From positions 32,001-96,000 of the IMG/VR virus record IMGVR_UViG_3300045051_000172: a stretch of 64,000 bases of DNA; one strand, 5' to 3'. This document shows, piece by piece, positions 9,820 to 18,808 of this stretch. The notes beneath the pieces were generated by a model that worked only from the letters and a program-made list of their open reading frames with translations, had not been told where the DNA came from and made no database searches. The DNA comes from a virus. The position numbers were made by a program, and so were the translations under genes. The stretch's first letter is position 1. Every line of letters begins with the position of its first letter.

Positions 9820-11697
9820 GTGAACGGTTTTTATAAAATCAAAAAGGGGATCAATTTAGATCCTCAAACAGCTCCCGCATCTCCTATCAATGGCGACGTT
9901 TACTACGATTCCGGAACAAACAAATTCAATTTCCGAGAAAATGGTGCATGGACTCAAATCGGGGCCTCCAACATTACCGGACCCGGCTCCAGCACTGATA
10001 ATGCTTTAGTTCGCTGGGACGGAGTTACCGGAACTGCAATAAAAAATTCTACGGTTGTTCTTGACGGATCGGGAAACATAACCGGAGTTGCCCAACTCAC
10101 TGCAACTACTTTAAAAGCCAGTACAGTTCGATTAGATGACACTGCTTCTGCTTTCGATCTGTTGATTCAATCAACTTCTTCTGGAGTATTGACAGCGGAT
10201 CGAACTCTCACAATCGATGTAACGGATGCGAACAGAACTATCGATTTAGCTGGAAACTTAACAGTCTCTTCGGCAGCTACGATATCCGGAACCAACTCCG
10301 GAGACGTAACTTTAGGAGCTGTGGGTTCATCTCCCAACGGAAACGGCGCAAGTCTTTCCGGCCAAGTTCTCACACTTCAACCTGCTGATGGATCTAACCC
10401 TGGGGTCTTAACTGCCGGAACTCAGACCATTGGCGGAGCAAAAACTTTTTCTGGAAACGTAATTATTTCCGGAAACCTCACGGTCAACGGAACCACGACT
10501 ACGATCAATACAACCACATTGAACGTGACGGACACAAATATCACGGTCAACAATGGGGGAAATGACGCTTCTTCAGAAGGCGCAGGTTTGACCGTAGCAA
10601 GAACGGGGACTGCGGGATCTTTCATTTATGCCGCAGCCGCCGCATCTAAATGGAAAATCGGAGCCCTTGGAGCTGAAGTTGAAGTTGCAGATATTTCAAC
10701 TGCTCAAACATTTTTAAATAAGACTCATACCAGTCCAGTAATCAACAATGCCACTTTGAGCATTGATGATACGGCAACTGCGTTTTCTTTGAGTCTCGTT
10801 TCGACCTCTTCTGCATCATTGTCTGCGAATAGAAGTTTGACGTTCAACGTGCAAAATGCCGACCGCACCATATCAATGGCTGGAAACCTGACGGTATCGG
10901 GGACGGCTACGGTAAGTGGAACAAATACGGGCGATCAAACAATTACCCTCACCGGAGATGTGACGGGATCGGGCACTGGATCTTTCGCTGCTACGATTGC
11001 AAACAATGCAGTGACCAATGCCAAATTGGCGGACATGAATGCCAATACGATCAAAGGTAACAATACCGGCGGCGCAACAGACCCTATCGATTTGACTACC
11101 GCTCAAGTAAAAACCATGTTGGACCTCACTGGAACCAACTCTGGAGACTTAACCCTGACCGCCGTAGGATCTTCCCCTAATGCTAACGGAGCCTCACTTT
11201 CAGGCCAGGCCTTGACTTTGCAACCCGCGAACGGTACAAACCCTGGAGCCTTGACTGCAATTGCCCAAGTGATAGGCGGGGATAAGACTTTCAACGGTAA
11301 TATCATAGAGTTAGGTCTATTCAGACTCGCAGATACGAGTGCAGCAAACTATCTTGAAAGCCAATACGTCCATACGGTTACCCTGACCGGCGGACAAACG
11401 AATGCCGTTGCTTCGAGCTTCACCTTCAACTCTCAAACTATCAAAGGTCTAATTATTTCCTACAATGTTTTTGATGCGACGACTTTGAACCGAAAAACCG
11501 GCCATCTTTATGTTTCTGTGGATAAGGCTTCGGGCGTCACCGGGGTCAATCCGACCATTGCAGACGTAGGTTCGGACAATTCTGAAGTCGGAATCGACTG
11601 GGATGTCCAGATGAACTCGACCAACGTAGAAGTCCTTTATACGACAACTGCGGGCAATAAAACCATGCGCTGCGAGATAAAGAGATTCCAAGCTTAA
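9820..11697 (+). CDS. Tail fibre protein (625 aa, GTG start)
   Basis: It is Thr/Gly/Asn-rich with internally duplicated modules ([36 protein letters not shown]) and shares N- and C-terminal domains with its neighbours. RBS AAGGAG. Confidence 0.75.
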   Translation: MNGFYKIKKGINLDPQTAPASPINGDVYYDSGTNKFNFRENGAWTQIGASNITGPGSSTDNALVRWDGVTGTAIKNSTVVLDGSGNITGVAQLTATTLKASTVRLDDTASAFDLLIQSTSSGVLTADRTLTIDVTDANRTIDLAGNLTVSSAATISGTNSGDVTLGAVGSSPNGNGASLSGQVLTLQPADGSNPGVLTAGTQTIGGAKTFSGNVIISGNLTVNGTTTTINTTTLNVTDTNITVNNGGNDASSEGAGLTVARTGTAGSFIYAAAAASKWKIGALGAEVEVADISTAQTFLNKTHTSPVINNATLSIDDTATAFSLSLVSTSSASLSANRSLTFNVQNADRTISMAGNLTVSGTATVSGTNTGDQTITLTGDVTGSGTGSFAATIANNAVTNAKLADMNANTIKGNNTGGATDPIDLTTAQVKTMLDLTGTNSGDLTLTAVGSSPNANGASLSGQALTLQPANGTNPGALTAIAQVIGGDKTFNGNIIELGLFRLADTSAANYLESQYVHTVTLTGGQTNAVASSFTFNSQTIKGLIISYNVFDATTLNRKTGHLYVSVDKASGVTGVNPTIADVGSDNSEVGIDWDVQMNSTNVEVLYTTTAGNKTMRCEIKRFQA

Positions 11698-11763
11698 TGT
11701 TAAACTGAAAAAAAGGCATATAGGATGCCCTTTTCACGAAAGTGACTGAAAAGGAGACGCCAA

Positions 11764-14460
11764 ATGGCTTCTAAGAACGCTTTTAAGATATCAAAATATC
11801 TGTCCATGAAACCTCAGGCCTCTGCGCCTTCTTCTCCAAATGATGGAGATGCTTACTACGATTCCGCTTTAGGAAAATTTCGTTTTAGACAAAATTCTGC
11901 TTGGGTTGAAGTCGGTTCCGGCAATGCCGAGAGTGCACTCTTACTCAGCTTGCTTCAATCCAACAATATGGAAGAAGCTGCTTTTTCAAGTTTTAATAAC
12001 GGTGAAGATGACATCATACGTTCGGCTGATGGTCAGAACGTAACTTTAGATTCTGCCAACGGACGATACTCAGCTTCTGCTGCCGGTGAATTTACTTACT
12101 GGGATGGTTACAGAGATCCTACTGCTGGAGCAACTAGCGAGCAATGGACCTCAAATGGTACTGCAACCGGACAATCTGTTGCGAATTCTGGCGGCGAATT
12201 TACAATCACCGATGCTTCAGTTTCAGGACGAAGAGCATATACAAAATCATTTACATCTTTGACGGGCACGGGAGACTGCGTACTCGAAGCCAAAATGAAG
12301 ATCACTTCTGAAACTACCTATGTCACTTACACGGGTTCCGATCAATGGACTGGACTCGGATTTCAAATTCGAGATGGTTCGAGAGACATTAGAGCAAATT
12401 TTATTCGAGAAGGTTCTTCTTCTGGAACAAGAGAATTAGTATTTGGTAATGCTGGATCTACCATCTTGAATGATGCTGATACTGGAGCTGCGCTTAGAAT
12501 TGTAGTAGATTACACTCAATATCACCTTTATCAGTTCTATAAACAAGGCACCAACTTATTGATCTACATTGACGGAGCCTATAAAGGTCGAGTCGCCACT
12601 GGGGGCTTTTCTTCAACTGCCTCTACTGATGTTTTCTGGGGTGGATATACAATTGATACCGCACAATCAGTTAGCGTGTGGCAATATGTGAATTTCAAAT
12701 CTTGGAAATCAATTTTAGCAACTAAGAATCTAAATTATCGCGGAACTGGAGCTTATGAAGGAGACGGTGATCCCGCCGCTGCTACTTCTTCCGGAACCAA
12801 CTTAGCCGGAGCCAATTTATTCTTTTTAGAAGATAACTGGGTTCAATGGACGGCAGATATCTCCGGACCTACTCCATCTACTGTAGTTTTTGGAAGTTCT
12901 AACGTGTCCACTTCAGTGACTCCTCAGTCAGCTCGAAGAATTGTTCTTTCTGGAGCACAGAGAGCTAACTGGTCCAGAACGGTATTTCCTGCGGAAGTAG
13001 TGGACGATGCTTCTTTAAGTTTTCAAGCCAACGTATATTTCGAAGCAATTAACTTCTTAGCTGGAGATTCTTGCTCCGTAATCTTGATGCGAGTTTTCAA
13101 TAAATCAATTCGAGTCATTCTTAAAAGAAGCACCGGATTGGCTTCAAATGTTCTGGAATGTGGTATTGCGGATAGCTCGGATACCTCATTCTTAACCACA
13201 AATGTCACTGGGTCAACGGGCTTTGTGACTGTTGGTGAAAGACATACTTTTGAACTTCGAAGAATTAACGCTAAACGATTTCAATTTCTTTTAGATGGAA
13301 AAGTTCAACAAGAAGTTGCTCAGTCAGATGCTAACTTAACTGCATCTACAGCAAATGATATTTTTTGGGGTAACGTATCGAACCTCAATGCTTCTTCTTC
13401 TATGACTTGGCAATGGGGTCATGTTCGATATACAGTAGGTCCGGATTCAATGCTTCCAAAATCTCCTCATAAAGAGTTTTTGGCTTTGTTAGATTATTCT
13501 GACACTTCCATGCATGTGAGCTTCAGTTCCGATAACGTGACTTGGTCTGTTCCAGTTCCAGTGTCGGATACAGGTGCCTCAGATTTTGTTGGAATAACTG
13601 GGCAACGTGCCGCAGGTTATGTATTTTCTCGATTTCTGTTTAACGCAGGAGGAAGTACCCCCTACTTAAACAACCTAGCGATCCTCTTCAATTCTGCAGC
13701 AGGAGCTGGAGGTTTAAGTAATCTTGCAGTTAAAACCTACACTACGACTGAAATTCCATCCGCTCCAGCTACGGTTACTTTCAACCATGGACTTAGTGTT
13801 TCTGAAGATGAAATTATAGTTTTTGGCGGAACTGAGCACTTAGTTAAAGATTTAGACTGGGCCTATTTATCAAGTGATTCCATTTCAATCATTAACGCAA
13901 ATCCCGGAGTTCCGTATACGGTTCGACGAGTAGGATTTAGCTTTGATCGAAGTTCCAGCAACTCGGATAGATTGGATGATATTGAACAAGTAATTAAAGT
14001 AGTGGCAAAAAGAATCACGTCTACTCAAACTATTACTGCTGGAACTAGCTGGGTAGAGCTTATTTATAACGGAGAGATTGAAGACACTACAAATTCTTAT
14101 GATCCAACAACAGGCAGATTTACTGTCCCAGAGGATGGAACTTACCTAGTTACTTGGGGCATGGATGCTCTCACGGGAGGAACAGTTCCCACTCAGTTAC
14201 AAGGAGCAGTACAAATTAACGGAAACTCAGGACCCGCAATCCCAAATGCCCATGCTCATGATTACATGAACCAAGGTGCTATTGTGGGTACTAACGCTGG
14301 GCGTGTTTTAAAAGGTTCTGCCATTCTTAAATTGAGCAAGAATGACTACATATCTGTTTGGGCCCAATGTACGAGTCAAAACGTATCTATGGATAACTTC
14401 TCAACTGATGTAGGTGCGTCGAGAATTGAAATTCAACGCATCAATCCAAAGAAGAGTTAA
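11764..14460 (+). CDS. Tail fibre/receptor-binding protein (898 aa) with lectin-like middle region and C1q-like C-terminal domain
   Basis: It carries the shared N-terminal fibre motif. The C-terminal 'YDPTTGRFTVPEDGTYLVTW...ILKLSKNDYISVW' fits the C1q/TNF-like fold seen in phage fibres. Confidence 0.7.
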   Translation: MASKNAFKISKYLSMKPQASAPSSPNDGDAYYDSALGKFRFRQNSAWVEVGSGNAESALLLSLLQSNNMEEAAFSSFNNGEDDIIRSADGQNVTLDSANGRYSASAAGEFTYWDGYRDPTAGATSEQWTSNGTATGQSVANSGGEFTITDASVSGRRAYTKSFTSLTGTGDCVLEAKMKITSETTYVTYTGSDQWTGLGFQIRDGSRDIRANFIREGSSSGTRELVFGNAGSTILNDADTGAALRIVVDYTQYHLYQFYKQGTNLLIYIDGAYKGRVATGGFSSTASTDVFWGGYTIDTAQSVSVWQYVNFKSWKSILATKNLNYRGTGAYEGDGDPAAATSSGTNLAGANLFFLEDNWVQWTADISGPTPSTVVFGSSNVSTSVTPQSARRIVLSGAQRANWSRTVFPAEVVDDASLSFQANVYFEAINFLAGDSCSVILMRVFNKSIRVILKRSTGLASNVLECGIADSSDTSFLTTNVTGSTGFVTVGERHTFELRRINAKRFQFLLDGKVQQEVAQSDANLTASTANDIFWGNVSNLNASSSMTWQWGHVRYTVGPDSMLPKSPHKEFLALLDYSDTSMHVSFSSDNVTWSVPVPVSDTGASDFVGITGQRAAGYVFSRFLFNAGGSTPYLNNLAILFNSAAGAGGLSNLAVKTYTTTEIPSAPATVTFNHGLSVSEDEIIVFGGTEHLVKDLDWAYLSSDSISIINANPGVPYTVRRVGFSFDRSSSNSDRLDDIEQVIKVVAKRITSTQTITAGTSWVELIYNGEIEDTTNSYDPTTGRFTVPEDGTYLVTWGMDALTGGTVPTQLQGAVQINGNSGPAIPNAHAHDYMNQGAIVGTNAGRVLKGSAILKLSKNDYISVWAQCTSQNVSMDNFSTDVGASRIEIQRINPKKS

Positions 14461-14468
14461 GGTGAACT

Positions 14469-14843
14469 ATGAAATGCTTTAGAAAAATATCAGATGACTC
14501 TTTTAACTCTGTGATTGATAACGAAAATCAAGAGTTGGGATTTGTCGGTCAATTGGATGAACAAGATAGACTCAGCAATGGAAATGTTTACGTTTCTTCA
14601 GATGAATTAAGTCCTGAAGAAAAAGAGCAGATTCTTGACGCCAATATTCGATGGAAGCGAGATGAACTTTTGGCAGCTTGTGATTGGACGCAAGGAAACG
14701 ATAGTCCATTAAGCGTGGAAGACAAAGCTCTGTGGGCTACTTACAGACAAGCATTACGAGATTTACCTGAAAATCTCGACCTCGATGCTGTAGACTATAT
14801 TTCAGAGATTGAATGGCCTACAAAGCCCGGAGAAGGAGCATAA
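14469..14843 (+). CDS. Tail fibre assembly chaperone
   Basis: 'RDELLAACDWTQ..D.PL...W..YRQALRDLP...IEWP.KP' is the typical Tfa-like chaperone signature, directly after a fibre gene. Confidence 0.8.
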   Translation: MKCFRKISDDSFNSVIDNENQELGFVGQLDEQDRLSNGNVYVSSDELSPEEKEQILDANIRWKRDELLAACDWTQGNDSPLSVEDKALWATYRQALRDLPENLDLDAVDYISEIEWPTKPGEGA

Positions 14844-14844
14844 T

Positions 14845-15879
14845 ATGTCAGGTGGAATAAAAAGAGTTGGAAACGGAACCTCGCGAGCGCGGGGTATTAA
14901 GACTGGGGTAGACAACAATCCAAATCGACAAAGTTTGATTAAAATTAATCAACTGCAATTTCCAGTAATGACTGCATGGCAATCAGCTTCCCTGACTTAC
15001 CCTTCTCAATGGGGAACTACTACCCTAAACGAAGCCCGTATGCGCCGAGTAGGTGATTGTGTGGAAGTTGAGGGTTCTATTAGATCAGGAACTCTCACGG
15101 CAGGGCAGCCAATGGCTATTCCGCTTCCTGACGGTTTATCTTTAGATATTGCAAAACTTGGAACTTCTCAACGACATTGGTTTGGAATGGCTTGGAGATG
15201 TTCTTCAATTTCCACGACTATCCCGGTTGCGACCTTAGGGGTTTGGCCAATGTTCTACGACACGGCTGTAGGTAGCACTGGTTTAAGAGTTACCGATACT
15301 GCTCCCGGAACTCCGGCAGGCGCATTGTTCGACGGAACCAGACCTATCAACGGTTTGATTTCTTCAAACGACGCAATGAGCTTTAGATATCTTGTTCCTG
15401 TTTCAGGATGGGATGTAAACGCATTCGGGACTATTGAAGACATTATTGGATCTTCAATTCTCGATGCTTCTCGCTTAATCAAAGTCGGCAGAGTTGATGG
15501 ATCTAATCCTCTGCCAGGGGAAATTGGAGAATACTTCGAATCCAAAGGAACAAATGGAAGTGCTACTAACAGTCCGACCAACATGACTTCATTGACACTC
15601 CCTCCCGGGGATTGGGCCCTAGAAGGTCAAGTTTCCTTTAATGCTTCAAGCGGAACTCCGAGCCTCATGACAACTTCTATTTCAACTACAAGTGCTGTTC
15701 ATGGCACCGCAGGGGATAACTTACTCCTAAGTGCTCTTAACGGAGGCGGACAAGGAAATGCCCACATTTATTGGAGACAAAACATTACAGTGCAAACTAC
15801 GTTTTATTTAGTGACGACAATTTCTACCGCAGGTCACACAAACCAAGGATACAAACTTTGCGCGACAAGGAGAAGCTAA
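14845..15879 (+). CDS. Tail fibre/spike protein (344 aa; start moved to ATG 14845)
   Basis: RBS AAGGAG precedes ATG 14845. The C-terminal 'GSNPLPGEIGEY...SLTLPPGDW' is a fibre-type module, and the gene is flanked by chaperones. Confidence 0.65.
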   Translation: MSGGIKRVGNGTSRARGIKTGVDNNPNRQSLIKINQLQFPVMTAWQSASLTYPSQWGTTTLNEARMRRVGDCVEVEGSIRSGTLTAGQPMAIPLPDGLSLDIAKLGTSQRHWFGMAWRCSSISTTIPVATLGVWPMFYDTAVGSTGLRVTDTAPGTPAGALFDGTRPINGLISSNDAMSFRYLVPVSGWDVNAFGTIEDIIGSSILDASRLIKVGRVDGSNPLPGEIGEYFESKGTNGSATNSPTNMTSLTLPPGDWALEGQVSFNASSGTPSLMTTSISTTSAVHGTAGDNLLLSALNGGGQGNAHIYWRQNITVQTTFYLVTTISTAGHTNQGYKLCATRRS

Positions 15880-15880
15880 C

Positions 15881-16198
15881 ATGCAAGCCCTGTATAAAAT
15901 TGAAGGAAATGAATTCAAATCAGCCTTGGCTCAAGAAGGTTTAACTTTATCTGAAGGTTATGAAATCAAGGATTTAGAAGAAGCCGATTTTGAGGCTGCT
16001 CTTAACCAGCATGTTCGTCCTATGCGAAACGATTTGCTAAAAGCTTCTGATTCTAGGTGGATCGAGAAAAGTTCGAAGGCAGAAGATTTGACAGCGATTA
16101 ACTCTTACAAACAAGCTCTTAGGGATTTACCCGATAGTCTTGATTTAGATTCTATCGACTATCTATCTGAAATTGAATGGCCGGTTGAGGGAGAATAA
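15881..16198 (+). CDS. Tail fibre assembly chaperone (paralogue of 14469..14843)
   Basis: 'RNDLLKASD...YKQALRDLPDSLDLDSIDYLSEIEWP'. Confidence 0.75.
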   Translation: MQALYKIEGNEFKSALAQEGLTLSEGYEIKDLEEADFEAALNQHVRPMRNDLLKASDSRWIEKSSKAEDLTAINSYKQALRDLPDSLDLDSIDYLSEIEWPVEGE

Positions 16199-16200
16199 TT

Positions 16201-16677
16201 ATGGCAGCACCAACAAGAACAAGATACAGACATCACTACGCTGAAGGAGCCCTTTCCAGTCTTAAGTTAGAAAACGGAAACGGGCATGGAAGCACGAATA
16301 CGGTTATTCGAAGGTTCTCGACTATTGCAGTCAATAATCCTGGAACCTCTGTTACCTTAACTCAAAGTGCGACTCTAGGGGATAGTGTCACTATAAATGA
16401 ATCTGGACTTTATAATATCCAATATGGAGATAGATCTTCGTCTGGTATTCAGACCTTTGGTATTTCAATAAATTCAAGTCAATTAACGACAAATATTGCT
16501 TCAATTACTTCTGGTAATCGAGCAGCTATAGCTCAAAGCATTAGCGGTAACGGTTCGACTCAAATTGGTTTAGATTTAAGACTTTCGGCTGGGGACGTTG
16601 TTAGATGCCATACTGATGGGGCCTTAGACGGAACTGAAGTTCGAACCTATTTCCATATACGAAAAGTAGGGGAATAA
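16201..16677 (+). CDS. Small fibre-tip/C1q-like beta protein
   Basis: 'DSVTINESGLYNIQY...LRLSAGDVVRCHT' resembles a C1q-like jelly-roll strand pattern, in the fibre cluster. Confidence 0.45.
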   Translation: MAAPTRTRYRHHYAEGALSSLKLENGNGHGSTNTVIRRFSTIAVNNPGTSVTLTQSATLGDSVTINESGLYNIQYGDRSSSGIQTFGISINSSQLTTNIASITSGNRAAIAQSISGNGSTQIGLDLRLSAGDVVRCHTDGALDGTEVRTYFHIRKVGE

Positions 16678-17192
16678 TGTATCCTTTTGACCAGATTCTT
16701 GCTTCCCAGCGCTGGAGCTGGTTCAAAGATCTCTGGGCTCAGAAGCAATACCAACAGGCGATCCTTACTCTTTTCAACGGATGGCCAGACATTACTTATC
16801 CTTGGCGTGAACGCGCAGCGGATGGAACTCTTCTTCCTCGTGGGGAACCTTCTTACAATCGCCTTCTTGAAATTGCTGTTGAAAAATGGGGCAATTACAA
16901 TGACCTTCGTAACTGGAAAAATGTTCTTTGGAGGGAATTTGGACACCTTCAGCAAGGCTGTCTTTGGTTTCCTCTTCACTACCTAGGGTATTGGAGTATC
17001 AATAAACTTTTCCCAGAATATGGGATTTACGGCTTTTTGGCCGCTTGGTCCGCGTTAATTTACTCAGACGCAAAGAAAGAATTCGTCGAAGATGTGGCCG
17101 GAGACGGACGTATGAACGCAAAGAATTATATTGATTTTGTGGTTCGATTGATCCCCGGTATCGCCTTTCTTCTCTATCTTTGGCTTTCCTAA
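16677..17192 (+). CDS. Membrane protein next to the endolysin (holin candidate)
   Basis: It has two to three hydrophobic segments in the C-terminal half and lies immediately upstream of the lysozyme. Confidence 0.35.
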   Translation: MYPFDQILASQRWSWFKDLWAQKQYQQAILTLFNGWPDITYPWRERAADGTLLPRGEPSYNRLLEIAVEKWGNYNDLRNWKNVLWREFGHLQQGCLWFPLHYLGYWSINKLFPEYGIYGFLAAWSALIYSDAKKEFVEDVAGDGRMNAKNYIDFVVRLIPGIAFLLYLWLS

Positions 17193-17207
17193 TTTACAGG
17201 AGACCTT

Positions 17208-17807
17208 ATGTTTCGTATAATTGAATTGATCTTAGGTATGCTTAAAGGCGCTCCGAGAGGGAATGATGCACCGGAGAGTCATGAGAAACCTCATACGATT
17301 CCAGCTCGCGAGGCCCATGAAATGTTTAAAGCTGGGGAGAAAGCTTCAGAACTTCCTCCAGGAAAGAAGGACCACATGAAGATTAATTCAAAAGGCCTGG
17401 ATATTCTAAAACAATTTGAAGGTCTAAGACTTAAAGCCTATCAAGACTCAGTTGGGGTCTGGACTATTGGGTACGGGGAGACCAGAGGCGTAAAACCTGG
17501 AATGGTAATTACGGAAGCCGAGGCAGAAGAGATGCTTAAGAACTCCTTAGAAGAATTTGAAGCTGGAGTCGCAGCCTTGACTTCTCAGGTCCATGTAACG
17601 GATAATCAATTTTCGTCTTTAGTTGTATTTGCATACAATGTTGGGCTCGGAAATCTCAAGTCCTCAACTCTACTCAGGAAATTAAACCTTGGGGATTTCA
17701 AAGGAGCGGCGGACGAATTTTTGCGTTGGGATAAAGCTGGGGGGCAGAAGTTAGCCGGGCTTACTCGACGACGAGAGGCTGAAAGAGCCCTGTTCCTTTC
17801 CGCCTAA
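17208..17807 (+). CDS. GH24 phage lysozyme (endolysin)
   Basis: The catalytic E-x8-D-x5-T pattern is present in 'FEGLRLKAYQDSVGVWTIGYGET'; also 'NQFSSLVVFAYNVG' and 'LAGLTRRREAERALF'. Confidence 0.92.
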   Translation: MFRIIELILGMLKGAPRGNDAPESHEKPHTIPAREAHEMFKAGEKASELPPGKKDHMKINSKGLDILKQFEGLRLKAYQDSVGVWTIGYGETRGVKPGMVITEAEAEEMLKNSLEEFEAGVAALTSQVHVTDNQFSSLVVFAYNVGLGNLKSSTLLRKLNLGDFKGAADEFLRWDKAGGQKLAGLTRRREAERALFLSA

Positions 17808-17809
17808 GC

Positions 17810-17818
17810 TGTTATACT
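17810..17818 (+). promoter_or_regulatory. Extended -10 promoter (TG-t-TATACT) for the tRNA
   Basis: TATACT at 17813-17818 lies 5 nt upstream of the first tRNA base. Confidence 0.5.
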
Positions 17819-17823
17819 GATTT

Positions 17824-17895
17824 GGCAGGGAGATCAAGGATCAACTGAGCCTCATAAGCTCGGACAGCCGAGGGCGGTATTCGGCCCTGCAACCA
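17824..17895 (+). tRNA. Atypical tRNA-Met (anticodon CAT) with encoded CCA
   Basis: Acceptor GGCAGGG/CCCTGCA (G1.A72 mismatch), discriminator A then CCA. Anticodon stem TGAGC/GCTCG with loop CTCATAA. T-stem CCGAG/TTCGG. The D- and T-loops are non-canonical. Confidence 0.7.
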
Positions 17896-17979
17896 ATTAT
17901 TCCGATAACCCGATTATTAAGATCATCTGAATAGCTCGTTTATCTTAATAACCTACCCGCAATTTGAACCCGCAGTTTT

Positions 17980-18297
17980 TCAGACTTTTTCTACCTGGAC
18001 AATTTTTATCTCTTTGGAATCATTGAGTTTTTGAAGCAAATCTGCCTTTTCTCGAACCAGCAATTTATTTGCCTTTCTAAGGTCCATGACTTCGTCCGCC
18101 AGACGCATCATTTTGCGAACCATGGGATTCCAGTCTTCCCCGCGAGCGCGAAACTTCTCAGCCCGCATCAATAGATACTCTTCCGGGGTCATTGAGCCTC
18201 GGACTTCATCTTTTGATTTGTGGTGTTGCTTTTGTTGCTTGGCCCTATTCCTCAGAGCCTGTAAATCTTGTTGAAACTTCTTCAATCGTTTGCTCAT
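17980..18297 (-). CDS. Hypothetical basic coiled-coil protein
   Basis: 105-aa ORF at the end of the - strand operon. Confidence 0.6.
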   Translation of the reverse strand: MSKRLKKFQQDLQALRNRAKQQKQHHKSKDEVRGSMTPEEYLLMRAEKFRARGEDWNPMVRKMMRLADEVMDLRKANKLLVREKADLLQKLNDSKEIKIVQVEKV

Positions 18298-18508
18298 TTT
18301 GAATGTCTCCTCTCATGGCTTGAAACATAAGTCTATAGCGCCCAATTTGGGTTCCAGGAAGGAACTGTTGGTAAAGATGGTAGCCGAAGTAATTCTCTTC
18401 GAACCAGACGCCCCTATATTCTCTTGGACGCTTTTTGAGAAGATATTGAAAGGCGACGTAGTTTCTCTTGTTTAGGGCTCTCGTCTCGGGGGTATTCATG
18501 TCATGCAT
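18245..18508 (-). CDS. Hypothetical protein
   Basis: 87-aa ORF with upstream GGGAG RBS; it overlaps the next gene by ~50 nt. Confidence 0.5.
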   Translation of the reverse strand: MHDMNTPETRALNKRNYVAFQYLLKKRPREYRGVWFEENYFGYHLYQQFLPGTQIGRYRLMFQAMRGDIQNEQTIEEVSTRFTGSEE

Positions 18509-18511
18509 TAG

Positions 18512-18679
18512 TTAATCTCCCGAAAGTTCCTTGGACAGAGTGTTCTGAATGTAAAAGAGAGCTTCCTCTTGTGTATCAAATATGGGTTTTAGAAGTTTTC
18601 CTGTTTGATGACTTAGAATTCGATACTTGTCGCCTTCCTTCTGGATCTCATATTTTCTGGGCTTCCATTCCATTGTCAT
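18512..18679 (-). CDS. Small hypothetical protein (55 aa, MTMEWKPRKYEIQKEGDKYRI...), not in the ORF track
   Basis: Translated by hand; GAGG upstream; it fills the gap in the operon. Confidence 0.55.
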   Translation of the reverse strand: MTMEWKPRKYEIQKEGDKYRILSHQTGKLLKPIFDTQEEALFYIQNTLSKELSGD

Positions 18680-18804
18680 TTCCTCTTCGGTTTATAAGTC
18701 CCATTTTCCAAAATTAATTTTGATCTTCGGTCCCGATTGGGATTTCTCCGACTAATCAAATGGCTTGCAACTCCCAGCCAAAATGACCAGGAAGCAAGAC
18801 TCAT
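18676..18804 (-). CDS. Small hypothetical protein (42 aa, MSLASWSFWLG...)
   Basis: GAGGAG RBS and an ATGA-type overlap with the next gene. Confidence 0.35.
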   Translation of the reverse strand: MSLASWSFWLGVASHLISRRNPNRDRRSKLILENGTYKPKRK

Positions 18805-18808
18805 AGTT

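Noticed and set aside
373-13208. Many 60-190 aa antisense and alternate-frame ORFs within structural genes (and likewise across the replication and head modules)
   Set aside because: They are shadows of long sense genes with biased codon usage, without RBS or motifs.
4643-16677. Diversity-generating retroelement or invertible fibre cassette
   Set aside because: No reverse transcriptase or invertase is in the window, and the repeats differ at all base types rather than only at adenines.
17914-17951. Perfect 10-bp inverted repeat TTATTAAGAT/ATCTTAATAA between convergent units
   Set aside because: It is AT-only, has no clear U-tract and does not match dif/Xer consensus. It may be a weak bidirectional terminator or processing site but cannot be supported.
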